DNA of 64,000 bases from Octopus sinensis (taxonomy: Eukaryota), in assembly GCF_006345805.1 (NCBI RefSeq), contig NC_043017.1, forward strand, positions 32,302,001 to 32,366,000. The letters run 5' to 3'. Positions within the stretch are counted from its first letter, which is position 1. The number at the start of each line of letters is the position of its first letter. Shown here piece by piece: positions 51,335 to 63,902 of this stretch. The notes beneath the pieces were generated by a model, which saw nothing but the letters and a program-made list of their open reading frames with translations, was not told the origin of the DNA and searched no databases. The translations under genes and the position numbers were made by a program.

Positions 51335-51914
51335 ATAGACACACATACTTGAGAATATTAATATTGTATCCTGGCCTCACTGATTATTAGGAGTCTTGCA
51401 ACATTTGCTCTCACTCAGGTGATCCGACAGAGCTTGGTCAAGCTACACTCTGTGTCAAGGTCATATTTCCCTGACCCCTCCAATCATATATTTATAACTA
51501 GAGCCATCAAGATAACAACTTTATTGCTTTCATGCAATAAAGGTGTTGCATATAAAGGGAGGAGCATTTTCAATTCTTGGCTCCTTCAAGCCACTTCATT
51601 GACATCAACCCTAACATTTGAATGAAGGTCACACCTGTTGACTTCAACGTATGAGTGTCTGAAGGAGAGGATTTACAGAAAAAATAGGATTTAATAAAAG
51701 ATGCTGAATTTATTTACAATGGATGTAATTTGAATCTAGGTATGGATTTTGCTAAGAAGTCACAACGGAGATAATGAAGATTTTGATTTTGCGTGGGTTT
51801 GGACAAATGCATCAGTTGATAGCAGGATATTGTTCTGTTATTGTTCTGTTTCTTCAACTCAAATTGCTTTGATGAATCTTGACAAATCTTCTCCACTTCA
51901 CACCTGTAATCTTC

Positions 51915-52130
51915 TGCTCTTCTTCTTCTTCTTCTTCTTCTGCTTCTTCTTCTTCTTCTTCTTCTTCTTCTTCTTCTTCTTCTTCTTCTTCTTCTTCTTC
52001 TTCTTCTTCTTCTTCTTCTTCTTCTTCTGCTTTTTCTTCTTCTTTAGTTGCGCTGCTTTTGTGGATTCCTATGACTCTCTGTCACCATTCAGTTCCGTTA
52101 TTACGAATTTGAATTGGGAGTTTGAGTCAC
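51915..52130 (-). repeat. (CTT)n microsatellite, possibly the (GAA)n tail of an RTE-like 3' end
   Basis: Long (ctt)n; the adjacent minus strand translates ...RTEW-QRVIGIH..AT, an RTE-like C-terminus (weak). Confidence 0.5.
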
Positions 52131-52824
52131 AATGAATCAATCATTGGCTGATGACACAACCAATGGACATCACCCCTATGGATACGTTGCAGTTACTTGG
52201 TGATCCCGCTCGTTGATCTCCTAGAATCCCTCTACTCAGCATCAATTCTCAGCATCAATGTAAGAAGCACCATGGGCTCAGTTGAGATCCTCTTCTGCTA
52301 CCTCTTCACAATCCACCATGCTGCAGTCCCATGACTTCACTGTGTCCCTGGCAGTATTGCTGAATGGGTGCTATACCTTGCCTAAGGGCAGCCCATAGCT
52401 ATGGAAGGCACATTTGTCACTCTAAGAGGTATTTTCAAAATATCCACATATCTAGTGTTAAATAGGTTTTAGTATGAAAAACCCTGTTAACACCAAAATG
52501 CCTACGGGTGTTGGCTTATACCTGATACTCCATCTGTTCTGCAACAATTCTCTATCAACTCCAAGTGCTTTTCTCTCTTTAGTGCTGTGAAATTTACATT
52601 TACTAACAGCTCGCAATATTAATTTCACCCACAGGAAAACTTACCTACCATGCACTGGTGCCCTATTCAGAGAAAAAAATGTATCGTTCATCTGCTTCAT
52701 GAGTGAGAAACTATGCTCCTCAACAATAACTAATCTTGTCACAGGATTCGTTTGCCAGCCACTCGGGTCAGGGTCCGTCCCACTGCATGGAAGCTTGGGT
52801 AAGTGTCGAATATACCGACCCCAG

Positions 52825-53175
52825 TCATCATCATCATCATCATCATCATTTAGCGTCCATTTTCCATGCTAGCATGGATTGGACAGTTCAACTGGGGTCT
52901 GTGAAGCCGGAAGGTTTCATCAGGCCCAGTCAGATCTGGCAGTGTTTCTACGGCTGGATGCCCTTCCTAACGCCAACCACTCCGTGAGTGTAGTGAGTGC
53001 TTTTTACATGCCACCTGCACAGGTGCCAGACAGAGCTGGCAAACGGCCATGAACTGATGGTGCTTTTACGTGCCACCGGCTTGGGGGCCAGGCGAGGCTA
53101 GCAATGGACACGAACAGATGGTGCTTTTACGTGCCACCGGCTCGGGGGCCAGGCGAAGCTGGCAACGGACACGAG
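52825..53175 (-). mobile_element. RTE 3'-terminal fragment with reiterated UTR block
   Basis: (cat)n, tttccatgctagcatgg, ggatgcccttcctaacgccaacc; gatggtgcttttacgtgccaccggc occurs twice. Confidence 0.8.
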
Positions 53176-53449
53176 CGGACCTAATTTTTTTAAGGCCTGG
53201 TCCTTATGTGAGGGAACTTTTCCTGGTCTCTATCATGCAGCAAATTCGGCAACTTTTACGATCATGAGTCAAATTCCCTGACAACTGAGTCACGCCCCTT
53301 CGTTAACAAGGTTAATTAACAGGACATTGATAACAACCAGATTCACAGCTGTTTGTCAAGCATCATACAGTGATGACTAACCATCCACTATTGGCTATAA
53401 ACCCTTCCTGGGGCCCAATTTTGTAACAATACTAAATACAATGAGATAT

Positions 53450-53846
53450 ACTCTTTACTCTTTTACTTGTTTCAGTCATTTGACTGCGGCCATGCTGGAG
53501 CACCGCCTTTCGTCGAGCAACTTGACCCCGGGACTTATTCTTTGTAAGCCCAGTACTTATTCTATCGGTCTCTTTTGCCGAACCGCTAAGTTACGGGGAT
53601 GTAAACACACCAGCATCGGTTGTCAAGCAATGCTAGGGGGACAAACACAGACACACAAACACACACATACATATATATATACATATATACGACAGGCTTC
53701 TTTCAGTTTCCGTCTACCAAATCCACTCACAAGGCATTGGTCGGCCCGGGGCTATAGCAGAAGACATTTGCCCAAGATGCCACGCAGTTGGACTGAACCC
53801 GGAACCATGTGGTTCGTTAGCAAGCTACTTACCACACAGCCACTCC
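53450..53846 (-). mobile_element. SINE family A, near-full copy
   Basis: Reverse-complement motifs. Confidence 0.85.
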
Positions 53847-53939
53847 ATATATTTATTGACTCCATATATTTATTTATTCATAACCCGCAATGTATCGGTG
53901 CTCTCGCAATTATAAAAGATTGCTCCAACGAATAATTAA

Positions 53940-54458
53940 TCTCTCTCTCTCTCCTTCACTCACTCTTTTTCTCTGTCTCTCTTTTTCTCAGTATTAATAA
54001 TCTCTCTGTTTCTCCCTCAATATTAATCATTCTCTCTCTTTTCACTCTTTCTCTTCTCTTACATTTTCTCTCTTAGTTCCTTCCTCTGTTTTCCATTCTC
54101 TGCTTCTCACTCTTTCACTTCCTCTTCCTTTCATCTTTCATCATATTTCTCTCTCATTTCCTCTCTCTTTTTCTCTCTCACTTTCAGTATTTAATCTTTC
54201 TTTTCTCTTCTCATTACAAATCTCGCTCTCTTTTTCTCTCTGTCTATCCATCTATCTCCTATCACTCTCTTTCTCTCCTTTTCAGTATTCTCTGTCACAC
54301 TTTTTCTCTCATTATTAATCATTCTTTTCTCGTTATAAATCTCCCCCCCTCTCTCTCTTTATCTATCTGCCTACCTACCTACCTACCTACCTACTTATCT
54401 ATCTCTCTCCCCATCTATCTATCTATCTATCTATCTAACTATCCACCTACCTACCTAC

Positions 54459-54532
<74 letters not shown>

Positions 54533-54630
54533 ATCTATCTATCTATCTATCTATCTATATCTATCTATCCATCTATATCTATCTATCTATCTATCTATCT
54601 AACTATATCTACCTATCTATCTATCTCTCA
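53940..54630. repeat. CT-rich low-complexity tract followed by (TATC)n/(TACC)n
   Basis: Direct inspection. Confidence 0.85.
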
Positions 54631-55087
54631 GTCTCTGTCTGTCTCTCTCCTTCCCCCTATCTCTCTCTCTTTCACTCTTCTTATTCCCTAAGCTTAAGAA
54701 AGAACATACAGCATCACTTATACTGGCTCCCCACTGAGTGTACCTTGCAGGATATAAGATGCTAACCTCTCGGCTTGTCATTTGAACTCCTGTCAACTTG
54801 ACTTTGCTAGCTCTGCATTCTGTACAATTATACACTGTGTTAATGTCAATGAACAATTCACATAGCAACAAGTTTTGTAACCCTGTAGAAGCCTGTTGTG
54901 TACAGGGGTTTGTATATGCATGTGAGATGTATGTGTGCATACACACACGTGCACACGCACACACACACACACATACACACACACACACATATACATATGT
55001 ATAGATACATAGACACACATACATGTATATATACACACATATACATATGTGCAGATACAAGGACATACATACGTACATATATATATG

Positions 55088-55131
<44 letters not shown>

Positions 55132-55265
55132 TATGTATGAGAATATATATATATATATATATATACACATATGCATAGATAAAAAGACATATTTGTATAC
55201 TTACATATACACACACACAGATTCACATATATATATATATAAATGTATACTTACACACACACACA

Positions 55266-55302
<37 letters not shown>

Positions 55303-55811
55303 TAACTCACACACACACACATACACACAAGCATATATATATATGCACAGTGGATGATGAGGTGAATAATAACCAGACACCAAGGAGTCTCATAAAGTAA
55401 CTTATTGCAAAATGCTCTAAATTTTCTTTTATGTATTATACGTACGGTCCATTTTCCCACTTGTTCAATTCACACAGGCATAAAGTCATAGCACTGGCTA
55501 CCTGTTGATTTATTGTGTACTCTTATTGATGAAAATTGTACTACCTACGTTCATATGCTCCTACTAATTATATAACTAATAGTACTTATTTATCTACGTT
55601 CATGTGCATCTATCAACTCACTAGCTGCTCGTATGTATTTAAGCGTCCAGAATTATATTTCCAGCAGAGCAATTTAAAATCATATTTCACTAGCTTTCTA
55701 AGACATTGCTGTTATTTCTGAGTGATATATAGAATTTCTGCAACGTTCCTTTGTCCACTCCTGATCACTTTATATTCCATCCATTCTTCATGTCAGCAAT
55801 TACTTTACATT

Positions 55812-57374
55812 GTGGTAGTGTACAAGTAATTGTTTTTAGTTCAACAGTGGCTGATAAAGTGAATGGTCACTAAAGCATCTAAATGTCCCATGGTAGTGTA
55901 CAAGTAATTGTTTTCAGTTCAACAGCGGCTGATAAAGTGAATGGTCACTAAAGCATCTAAATGTCCCGTGGTAGTGTACAAGTAATTGTTTTCAGTTCAA
56001 CAGCGGCTGATAAAGTGAATGGTCACTAAAGCTTCTAAATGTCCCGTGCTAGTGTACAAGTAATTGTTTTCAGTTCAACAGCGGCTGATAAAGTGAATGG
56101 TCACTAAAGCATCTAAATGTCCCGTGGTAGTGTACAAGTAATTGTTTTCAGTTCAACAACGGCTGATAAAGTGAATGGTCACTAAAGCTTCTAAATGTCC
56201 CGTGGTAGTGTACAAGTAATTGTTTTCAGTTCAACAGCGGCTGATAAAGTGAATGGTCACTAAAGCATCTAAATGTCCCATGGTAGTGTACAAGTAATTG
56301 TTTTCAGTTCAACAGCGGCTGATAAAGTGAATGGTCACTAAAGCATCTAAATGTCCCGTGGTAGTGTACAAGTAATTGTTTTCAGTTCAACAGCGGCTGA
56401 TAAAGTGAATGGTCACTAAAGCATCTAAATGTCCCGTGGTAGTGTACAAGTAATTGTTTTCAGTTCAACAGCGGCTGATAAAGTGAATGGTCACTAAAGC
56501 ATCTGAATGTCCCGTGGTAGTGTACAAGTAATTGTTTTCAGTTCAACAGCGGCTGATAAAGTGAATGGTCACTAAAGCTTCTAAATGTCCCGTGGTAGTG
56601 TACAAGTAATTGTTTTCAGTTCAACAGCGGCTGATAAAGTGAATGGTCACTAAAGCATCTGAATGTCCCGTGGTAGTGTACAAGTAATTGTTTTCAGTTC
56701 AACAGCGGCTGATAAAGTGAATGGTCACTAAAGCTTCTAAATGTCCCGTGGTAGTGTACAAGTAATTGTTTTCAGTTCAACAGCGGCTGATAAAGTGAAT
56801 GGTCACTAAAGCATCTAAATGTCCCATGGTAGTGTACAAGTAATTGTTTTCAGTTCAACAGCGGCTGATAAAGTGAATGGTCACTGAAGCATCTAAATGT
56901 CCCGTGGTAGTGTACAAGTAATTGTTTTCAGTTCAACAACTGCTGATAAAGTGAATGGTCACTGAAGCATCTAAATGTCCCGTGGTAGTGTACAAGTAAT
57001 TGTTTTCAGTTCAACAACGGCTGATAAAGTGAATGGTCACTAAAGCATCTAAATGTCCCATGGTAGTGTAAAAGTAATTGTTTTCAGTTCAACAGTGGCT
57101 GATAGAGTGAATGGTCACTAAAGCATCTAAATGTCCCGTGGTAGTGTACAAGTAATTGTTTTCAGTTCAACAGCGGCTGATAAAGTGAATGGTCACTAAA
57201 GCATCTAAATGTTCCGTGGTAGTGTACAAGTAATTGTTTTCAGTTCAACAGTGGCTGATAAAGTGAATGGTCACTAAAGCATCTAAATGTCCCGTGGTAG
57301 TGTACAAGTAATTGTTTTCAGTTCAACAGTGGCTGATAAAGTGAATGGTCGCTAAAGCATCTAAATGTCCCGTG
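55812..57374. repeat. 78-bp tandem satellite, about 20 copies
   Basis: Unit gtggtagtgtacaagtaattgttttcagttcaacagcggctgataaagtgaatggtcactaaagcatctaaatgtccc; stops in all six frames. Confidence 0.97.
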
Positions 57375-58147
57375 AGGTAATCCTTGATAACCATTTGTAA
57401 TTGTTGCATGTGTGTAACTCATTTAAACACAAGGTTATTGAATTAAGTGCATGTTGAAATTTTGTAGGCATTTTCAACGATTAAATATCTTGCTTAGATG
57501 AACTAAAACTGCACTGACCATGATTATGTGCATCTGTCTCATAATAAATGTATGCGCATGAATCTGCATATGTATGTGTGTGTATGTGTGTGCAAGTTGT
57601 TGATGTTTGCTGAGTGGGTCAAAATATGTCTGAAGTTGTTGAAATAATTAAAATAATATTAGTCATTTATTAACACTGTTTTTCTCACAGCATAACTTTT
57701 ACTTTTACCTTTTTAGAATTAATTGAATTTAATATGTTAATTGTAGTTGAACTAAATCTTTTTATTCTTCAACATAAGAATCTTAAGATTTTGTTTTCTT
57801 GTTTTTTTTTCTTCTGTTAATATAATATGAATTCAACAAATCCAGTGGTATTAAATGCTAACTGCTGAGAAATTAAAATTTTAGAACCTGGTTTAATTTA
57901 GAATGATTAACAACTTAAACCTAATGACTCCAAAGTATTAATTGGTTCCAAAGCCGAAACCAATTAGAATCAGTATCCCCATGCCTAACTCAATAATTTT
58001 AAAATATGAGACTAATTGGCAGGGACTAATATAAGTATACCTAATCAAAGAGTAAATGAATTTAGAATTGTAAACCCAAGTTAAATCTACAGTTCAAATC
58101 TTATAAAATGCTTTCTTTAATTATAATGGATGAAGATAATTGTGTGA

Positions 58148-59117
58148 AAAATTATTGTCATCAGAAAAATTAACAAAGCTAACTTACAAGAAGATCATCA
58201 TCATCATCATCATCATCGTTTAGCGTCCGCTTTCCATGCTGGCATGGGTTGGACGGTTCAATTGGAGTCTGGGAAGCCAGAAGGCTGCACCAGGCCCAGT
58301 CTGATCTGGCAGTATTTCTACGGCTGGATGCCCTTCCTAACACCAACAACTCCAAGAATGTAGTGGGTGCTTTTTACGTTCCACCGGCACAGGTGCCAGA
58401 CGAGGCTGGCAACGGTCGCAATTGGATGGTGCTTTTTACATGCCACCAGCACAGGGGCCAGGCAAGGCTGGCAATGGCCACGATTGGCTAGCGGTTGAGG
58501 GAACCAGTGGAAGAGGCAGACCAAGGAAAACCTGGGAAGAGGTGGTGAAGCACGACCTTCGAACTTTAGGTCTCACCAAGCAAATGTCTAGAGACCGAGA
58601 CCTTTGGAAGTATGCTGTGCGTGAGAAGACCCAGCAGGACAAGTGAGACCATAACCCGTGGTCTCTACCTGGCATGTAGCCAGTCCACTTATGCATACCA
58701 TTCCTTCTTGGGACACAAAACTCAACTTGTAAAGACCTGTTGAGGCAAGTGAAAATCAAAATCAAAATCGAAATCAATCAACATCAATGGAAATTGTAGC
58801 TGTGGTACCAGTGCTGGTGGCACGTAAGCGAACCATCCAATTGTGGCCGTTGCCAGCCTCGCCTGGCCCCTGTGCTGTTGGTATGTAAAAAGCACTCACT
58901 AAACTCATGGAGTGGTTGGCGTTAGGAAGGGCATCCAGCCGTAGAAACACTGCCAGATCAGACTGGGCCTGGTGCAGCCTTCTGGTTTCCCAGAGCCCAG
59001 TTGAACCGTCCAACCCATGCTAGCATGGAAAGCGGACGCTAAACGATGATGATGATGATGATGATGATGATCTTCTTGTAAGTTAGCTTTCTTAATTTTT
59101 CTGATGACAATAATTTT
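58148..59117. repeat. Foldback of two RTE 3' ends (minus 58195-58490; plus 58488-59070 including ORF C-terminus) with ~45 bp of flank also inverted
   Basis: aaaattattgtcatcagaaaaattaacaaagctaacttacaagaag is mirrored at about 59070-59117; AVEGTSGRGRPRKTW...EKTQQDK* on plus. Confidence 0.9.
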
Positions 59118-59129
59118 GTGTATCTACAG

Positions 59130-60230
59130 ATCTGGCATGGACTTAGACTTAGCTATGCTGGAATCAGTGAATATTCTAATTCAGTTCTCTTGTATAAGAG
59201 GGTTAAATGTAATCACATATATTCACACATCCAATCTTCATTGCCATGTATCATTGATGACATTACAATAGAAGTCTTCCTGATCAAGCTAGATTCCTCC
59301 AGCTGCCTTGCCATTTTTAATTAAGCAGCAGACTGCAAAGAAAGGTATTCAGAGACATCATTTCCTTGCATTTAGAACCAGATATGGTAGTTTTAGATGT
59401 TGTCTTGGGTTTGTAACTCTGTCATCATTCAGTTGAGTGTTAACATATTAGGGGTGGTAGTCTTTATACAGGAGTAAACAGATTAGAAATTGTTAGGTTA
59501 AAAACTGAGGCTGGGTGACCAACAGGGGTGGGGCAGCAATCTATAATTTTAATTCAACTGATTTCTTTACTACCCACAAGGGGGCTAAACACAGAGGGGA
59601 CAAAAAAGGACAGACAAATAGATTAAGTCGATTACGTCGACCCCAGTGCATAACTGGTACTTATTTAATCGACCTCGAAATGATGAAAGGCAAAGTCGAC
59701 CTCGGCAGAATTTGAACTCAGAACGTAGCGGCAGACGAAATACCACTAAGTATTTCGCCCAGCGTGCTAACGTTTCTGCCAGCTCATCGCCTTTGCACTA
59801 TATTCTCCTTTGAGTACTTTTACCTGTTGGAAAAGACCTTTTGAATTATTGCATTTTGCCTGTTCTTCTAGATTTTCACAAAAATTGGTTATGTAACCGT
59901 TTTTGAATTTCTGCCACTCTTGTATAACGTCTTTGTTGATCTTTTTATATTCTTCGCAATTGGAACCACCTGAGGTTCTTGCTTTTCTCCTTTTCTCCAC
60001 AAAATCCATAGTTGCTACAGATATCCATTGTTGCTTTTTCATTCTCTTTTGGTAAATGTAATTCAGAAGATGCAAGAATTTTCTTTCCCATCAATTGCCA
60101 AATTGTCTGGGTTCTTCCCTTCTTGCATTTTCGGTATAATTTGAAATCTGTTGTTGATGTCTATTTTGTATTTTTTTGTGAGGGCTTCAAGATCACATCG
60201 TAGGGGTGGAGGATTTCTTTCAAGCTTTTT
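59130..60230 (-). mobile_element. Degraded LINE of a second RTE (BovB-like) family: EN-RT linker and start of RT, split by a SINE
   Basis: DL..L..KY..DINNRFQ, KQQWISVATMDFVEKRRKAR...YKKIN...FCENLE...NSKGLFQQVKVL, KNGKAAG. Confidence 0.55.
59561..59793 (-). mobile_element. SINE family B, single body
   Basis: Family motifs on the minus strand. Confidence 0.85.
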
Positions 60231-60505
60231 CATTTGCATGCAATGCTGTATGCAAAATAATTCAGTTGTCTCATTTATAAAGAAATTCTCTTTTACAAGA
60301 GAAAAGCCATTCTTATATAAATGCATTCACTTTTATTATTATATGTTTTATATTTTTTCATATTTTCTTTTACTTGCTGGGTGTTACTGAGGAAGTATTG
60401 AGAGGTTGGGAACACTTAAGGGTTTTCACAGGTGAAACCCACTAAAATTGCTGTGATTTAGGACATATTGTTATATATGAGCACACAAACACGCCTCTGT
60501 ATGTG

Positions 60506-60546
<41 letters not shown>

Positions 60547-61233
60547 GTGTGTGTGTATATATATATATGATTGATTGATTGATTCTAGTTTCATCTCACG
60601 AGCTGTGGCCATGCTGGGGCACTGCCATTTGCATATATATATATATATTTATAAATAAGGATAATATCGATATTATCAAGTGAGAAAATTATTCAGTAAT
60701 ATCTTTTTGCTAGTCTATTTTGTCCCTCTGTCTTATCTCATGGTGTGATATGAACATTTAAGGTGGTCTTTAGAGTCAGGGATTTGACTGCTATTTCGGC
60801 ATGGGGGTGTCTCTCAGACATCCTTATTTTAGTTATATAAGCCATTCCATTGGTGACAGCCGCCTGTACTACACGTGTCATCTCTACCGAAAAGGTAACC
60901 GCTTCCCACGCTTGCTGTTCAATTGTTTTTTTCACATTTTGTCTCAAAGTCGTATCATTCCTGTTTTTATTCATTACTGTTTCCAATTTTCTCTTCGTCT
61001 CTTGTTTTCCTATTAGTCTCTGTTGTCACATTCTTTCCTTCTACCAAGGAAATCTAATGCCCATAGCTTAGCTTTTCCTTGGGGCTGGCTGTTTTGGAGC
61101 AAATCTCAGAATTAAACAGCTGAAATTTGCCATGATGAATCGGTTTCTGACTGAAGAATGAAGGCTCTGAATGACTGTCTGTCTTCCGTGTTCGTCAATT
61201 CATGAATTTCACGTTCTTTATATATAAAGTTTT

Positions 61234-61277
<44 letters not shown>

Positions 61278-61831
61278 TATATATATGAATAATTATTGTG
61301 GCATTGTAGGACAGCATATATTTTCTCTAGTTTTATTCCCTCTACAAAATTGCAGACAGTCTGTGTTGAGAAAAATTTGATCCGTCTCAGTAACTTATAT
61401 ATCAAGGAGTTTATTACGTAAAGATATTTTAACTTCAATGTGTTCTGTCAGGTATCTTTAAACATTAATATCACAAAAATGAAACTGTTTTTCTGGCAAC
61501 AAGTGCTTCTATAGTATAAGAAATATTGGTTTTTTTTTTTGTTGGTTTTTTTTTAAGAGTGCCTCTCCTTAAGTTTGTTTTCTCCTTCCTCTCACTAAAA
61601 TATAAGGCATGACGAATTTATTCTAACATTAATACATTCCAAGTAAGTATCTCATTGAAAATTCTTAAAAGTTTAATATTTCACTTCTGTTTCACAACTA
61701 CAGTCACCTTTTCTTTCTGTTTCCGTAAACATCACCGCTTCTACCTTTATTTCTTCTCTCATTGAACAGTCTTAATATTCCAATTCGATTTAGCGCATAA
61801 CATCACTTTTCCCTCTTTCTTTCTTTTCTTT

Positions 61832-62040
61832 TCTCTTACTTGTTTCAGTCATTTGACTGCGGCCATGCTGGAGCACTGCCTTTAATCGAGCAACTCGACC
61901 CCGGGACTTATTCTTTTTGTAAGCCCAGTACTTATTCTATCGATCTCTTTTGCCGAACCGCTAAGTGACGGGGACATAAACACACCAGCATCGGTTGTCA
62001 AGCAATGCTAGGGGGACAAACACAGACACACAAACACACA

Positions 62041-62128
<88 letters not shown>

Positions 62129-62311
62129 TATATACATATATATATACATATATACGACGGGCTTCTTTCAGTTTCCGTCTACCAAATCCACTCACAAGGC
62201 TTTGGTCGGCCCGAGGCTACAGTAGAAGACACTTGCCCAAGGTGCCACGCAGTGGGACTGAACCCGGAACCATGTGGTTTGTAAACAAGCTACTTACCAC
62301 ACAGCCACTCC
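61832..62311 (-). mobile_element. SINE family A, near-full copy
   Basis: Reverse-complement motifs. Confidence 0.85.
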
Positions 62312-62392
62312 TTATTTTTTGTTACAAACTTTCTTTTGTTTTCCACTGCATATTCTACAATCTTTTGAATTATCACTTTCAATCTTACCTCT

Positions 62393-62792
62393 ATCTTTAT
62401 ATATAAAAGAGAGTTTGTGTGTCTGTCTCCTACGATTTAGATTCCTAACTACTCCCATATTTTGCGGTGCAGTTTAACCAAAACCGGGTATCTTATAGTC
62501 GTAATTCATATCGAGCCCTTCTGGGTATTAGTGCGCGTCTACGATGAGTCTACGATTTAAAAAAAAATTTACCATCATTTTTTCCATTTTAATGCATTTT
62601 TTCGCTATTATATAAGGGAAGTAACTCTCTAAAAATGTCTACGATGAGTCAACGATTTAAAAAAAAATTTGCCATCATTTTTTTTCCATTTTTAATGCAT
62701 TTTTTTTGCTATTTTTTGGATATAACTCTCTAAAAATGCTTATATAGTTATTTCCCTTACAAACCCGAGCAACACCGGGCGATAATGCTAGT
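62393..62792 (-). mobile_element. HINE-like family A
   Basis: Reverse complement of 23029-23426. Confidence 0.6.
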
Positions 62793-63047
62793 TATCTATA
62801 AAGCTCTATAAGTTTGTTACACACTCTATTTTCCACTGCATATTTTATAATCTGTTGAATCTTCTGTCTCCTACATGTGTAAACACTCTCGCTTTTTCTC
62901 TCTTCTCTTTTATAATGGTCTGTTATTTGTGTTCCTGCTCTCTCTCTCTTATGCCTCTTTAAAAACGGTCTTGGAAATAGTTTCTTCTCATCTTTTCTTA
63001 TTACTCCTCCCACATTTTTGTAAACTTTATACTTATTACACTATATC

Positions 63048-63217
63048 ATAGGCGCAGGAGTGGCTGTGTGGTAAGTAGCTTGCTTACCAACCACATGGTT
63101 CCGGGTTCAGTCCCACTGCGTGGCACCTTGAGCAAGTGTCTTCTACTATAGCCTTGGGTTGACCAAAGCCTTGAGAGTGGATTTTGTAGATGGAAACTGA
63201 AAGAAGCCTGTCGTATA

Positions 63218-63259
<42 letters not shown>

Positions 63260-63479
63260 TGTGTATGTTTGTGTGTCTGTGTTTGTCCCCCTAGCATTGC
63301 CTGACAACTGATGCTGGTGTGTTTACGTCCCCGTCACACTGCAGTTCGGCAAAAGAGACCAATAGAATAAGTACTGGGCTTACAAAAGAATAAGTCCCGG
63401 GGTCGATTTGCTCGACTACAGATGGTGCTCCAGCATGGCCGCAGTCAAATGACTGAAACAAGTAAAAGAGTAAAAGAGT
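63048..63479 (+). mobile_element. SINE family A, full copy
   Basis: Head, core and tail motifs. Confidence 0.85.
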
Positions 63480-63663
63480 ATTATATCTTTCAGCTATAAA
63501 GGAATATCTCAACTTCGTACATGACAAAATATCAATAAAAGGAACAAACTGCAGATTTTCTCATTGGTGCGGGAACATAATTTGCTTAGATGGTGCAAAC
63601 CCAGCTCCAAATGTTTTATGCTAATAATAAAACAGATGCAGTTATAATAATAATTTTTATTAT

Positions 63664-63902
63664 TATGAGGGTCAAATGAAATGCTCATAGGCTGAGCAAT
63701 ACACTTTCATGGAATGTGACTAAATGAAGTTCATTTTTTTAACATCTTACTGTCCACACACATCCATCAGTAGTTGCAGTGCCTGGGTCGCACAGGTGAA
63801 AAAGCTATCCTGTTGGTCAAAATAGTCATCGACAACAGATAAGACATCTTCCTGACATTTATACTGGAGCCCAGCTGAATGTTTTTTTCATGTTGGGAAA
63901 CA
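63664..63902 (-). mobile_element. Mariner transposon 3' end relic
   Basis: Minus strand LFPNMKK/H.AG.QY...EDV...VDDYFDQQD..FF...QAL, then a TIR-like end ...gaccctca followed by TA. Confidence 0.7.

Larger units (their letters stand above)
50510..51897. repeat. Inverted repeat pair, arms ~340 bp (50510-50851 and 51557-51897), spacer ~700 bp
   Basis: caaagcaatttgagttgaagaaacagaac...gaaggagccaagaatt is mirrored; the ORF track shows the same peptide on opposite strands. Confidence 0.9.

Noticed and set aside
55812-57374. Coding tandem repeat (78 = 26 codons), twister ribozyme, or stem I covariation (gtgg/ccat vs gcgg/ccgt)
   Set aside because: Stops occur in all six frames; the twister P4/L4 motif is absent; the variants assort independently across units and fit CpG deamination, so they are not evidence of covariation.
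60738-61200. Possible endonuclease N-terminus and 5'UTR of the second RTE family
   Set aside because: Only vague resemblance; the catalytic motifs are not recognisable.
62318-62860. Diverged ~50-bp direct repeat on both sides of the HINE-like element
   Set aside because: Not at the element boundaries and too diverged to be a TSD; probably an older local duplication.
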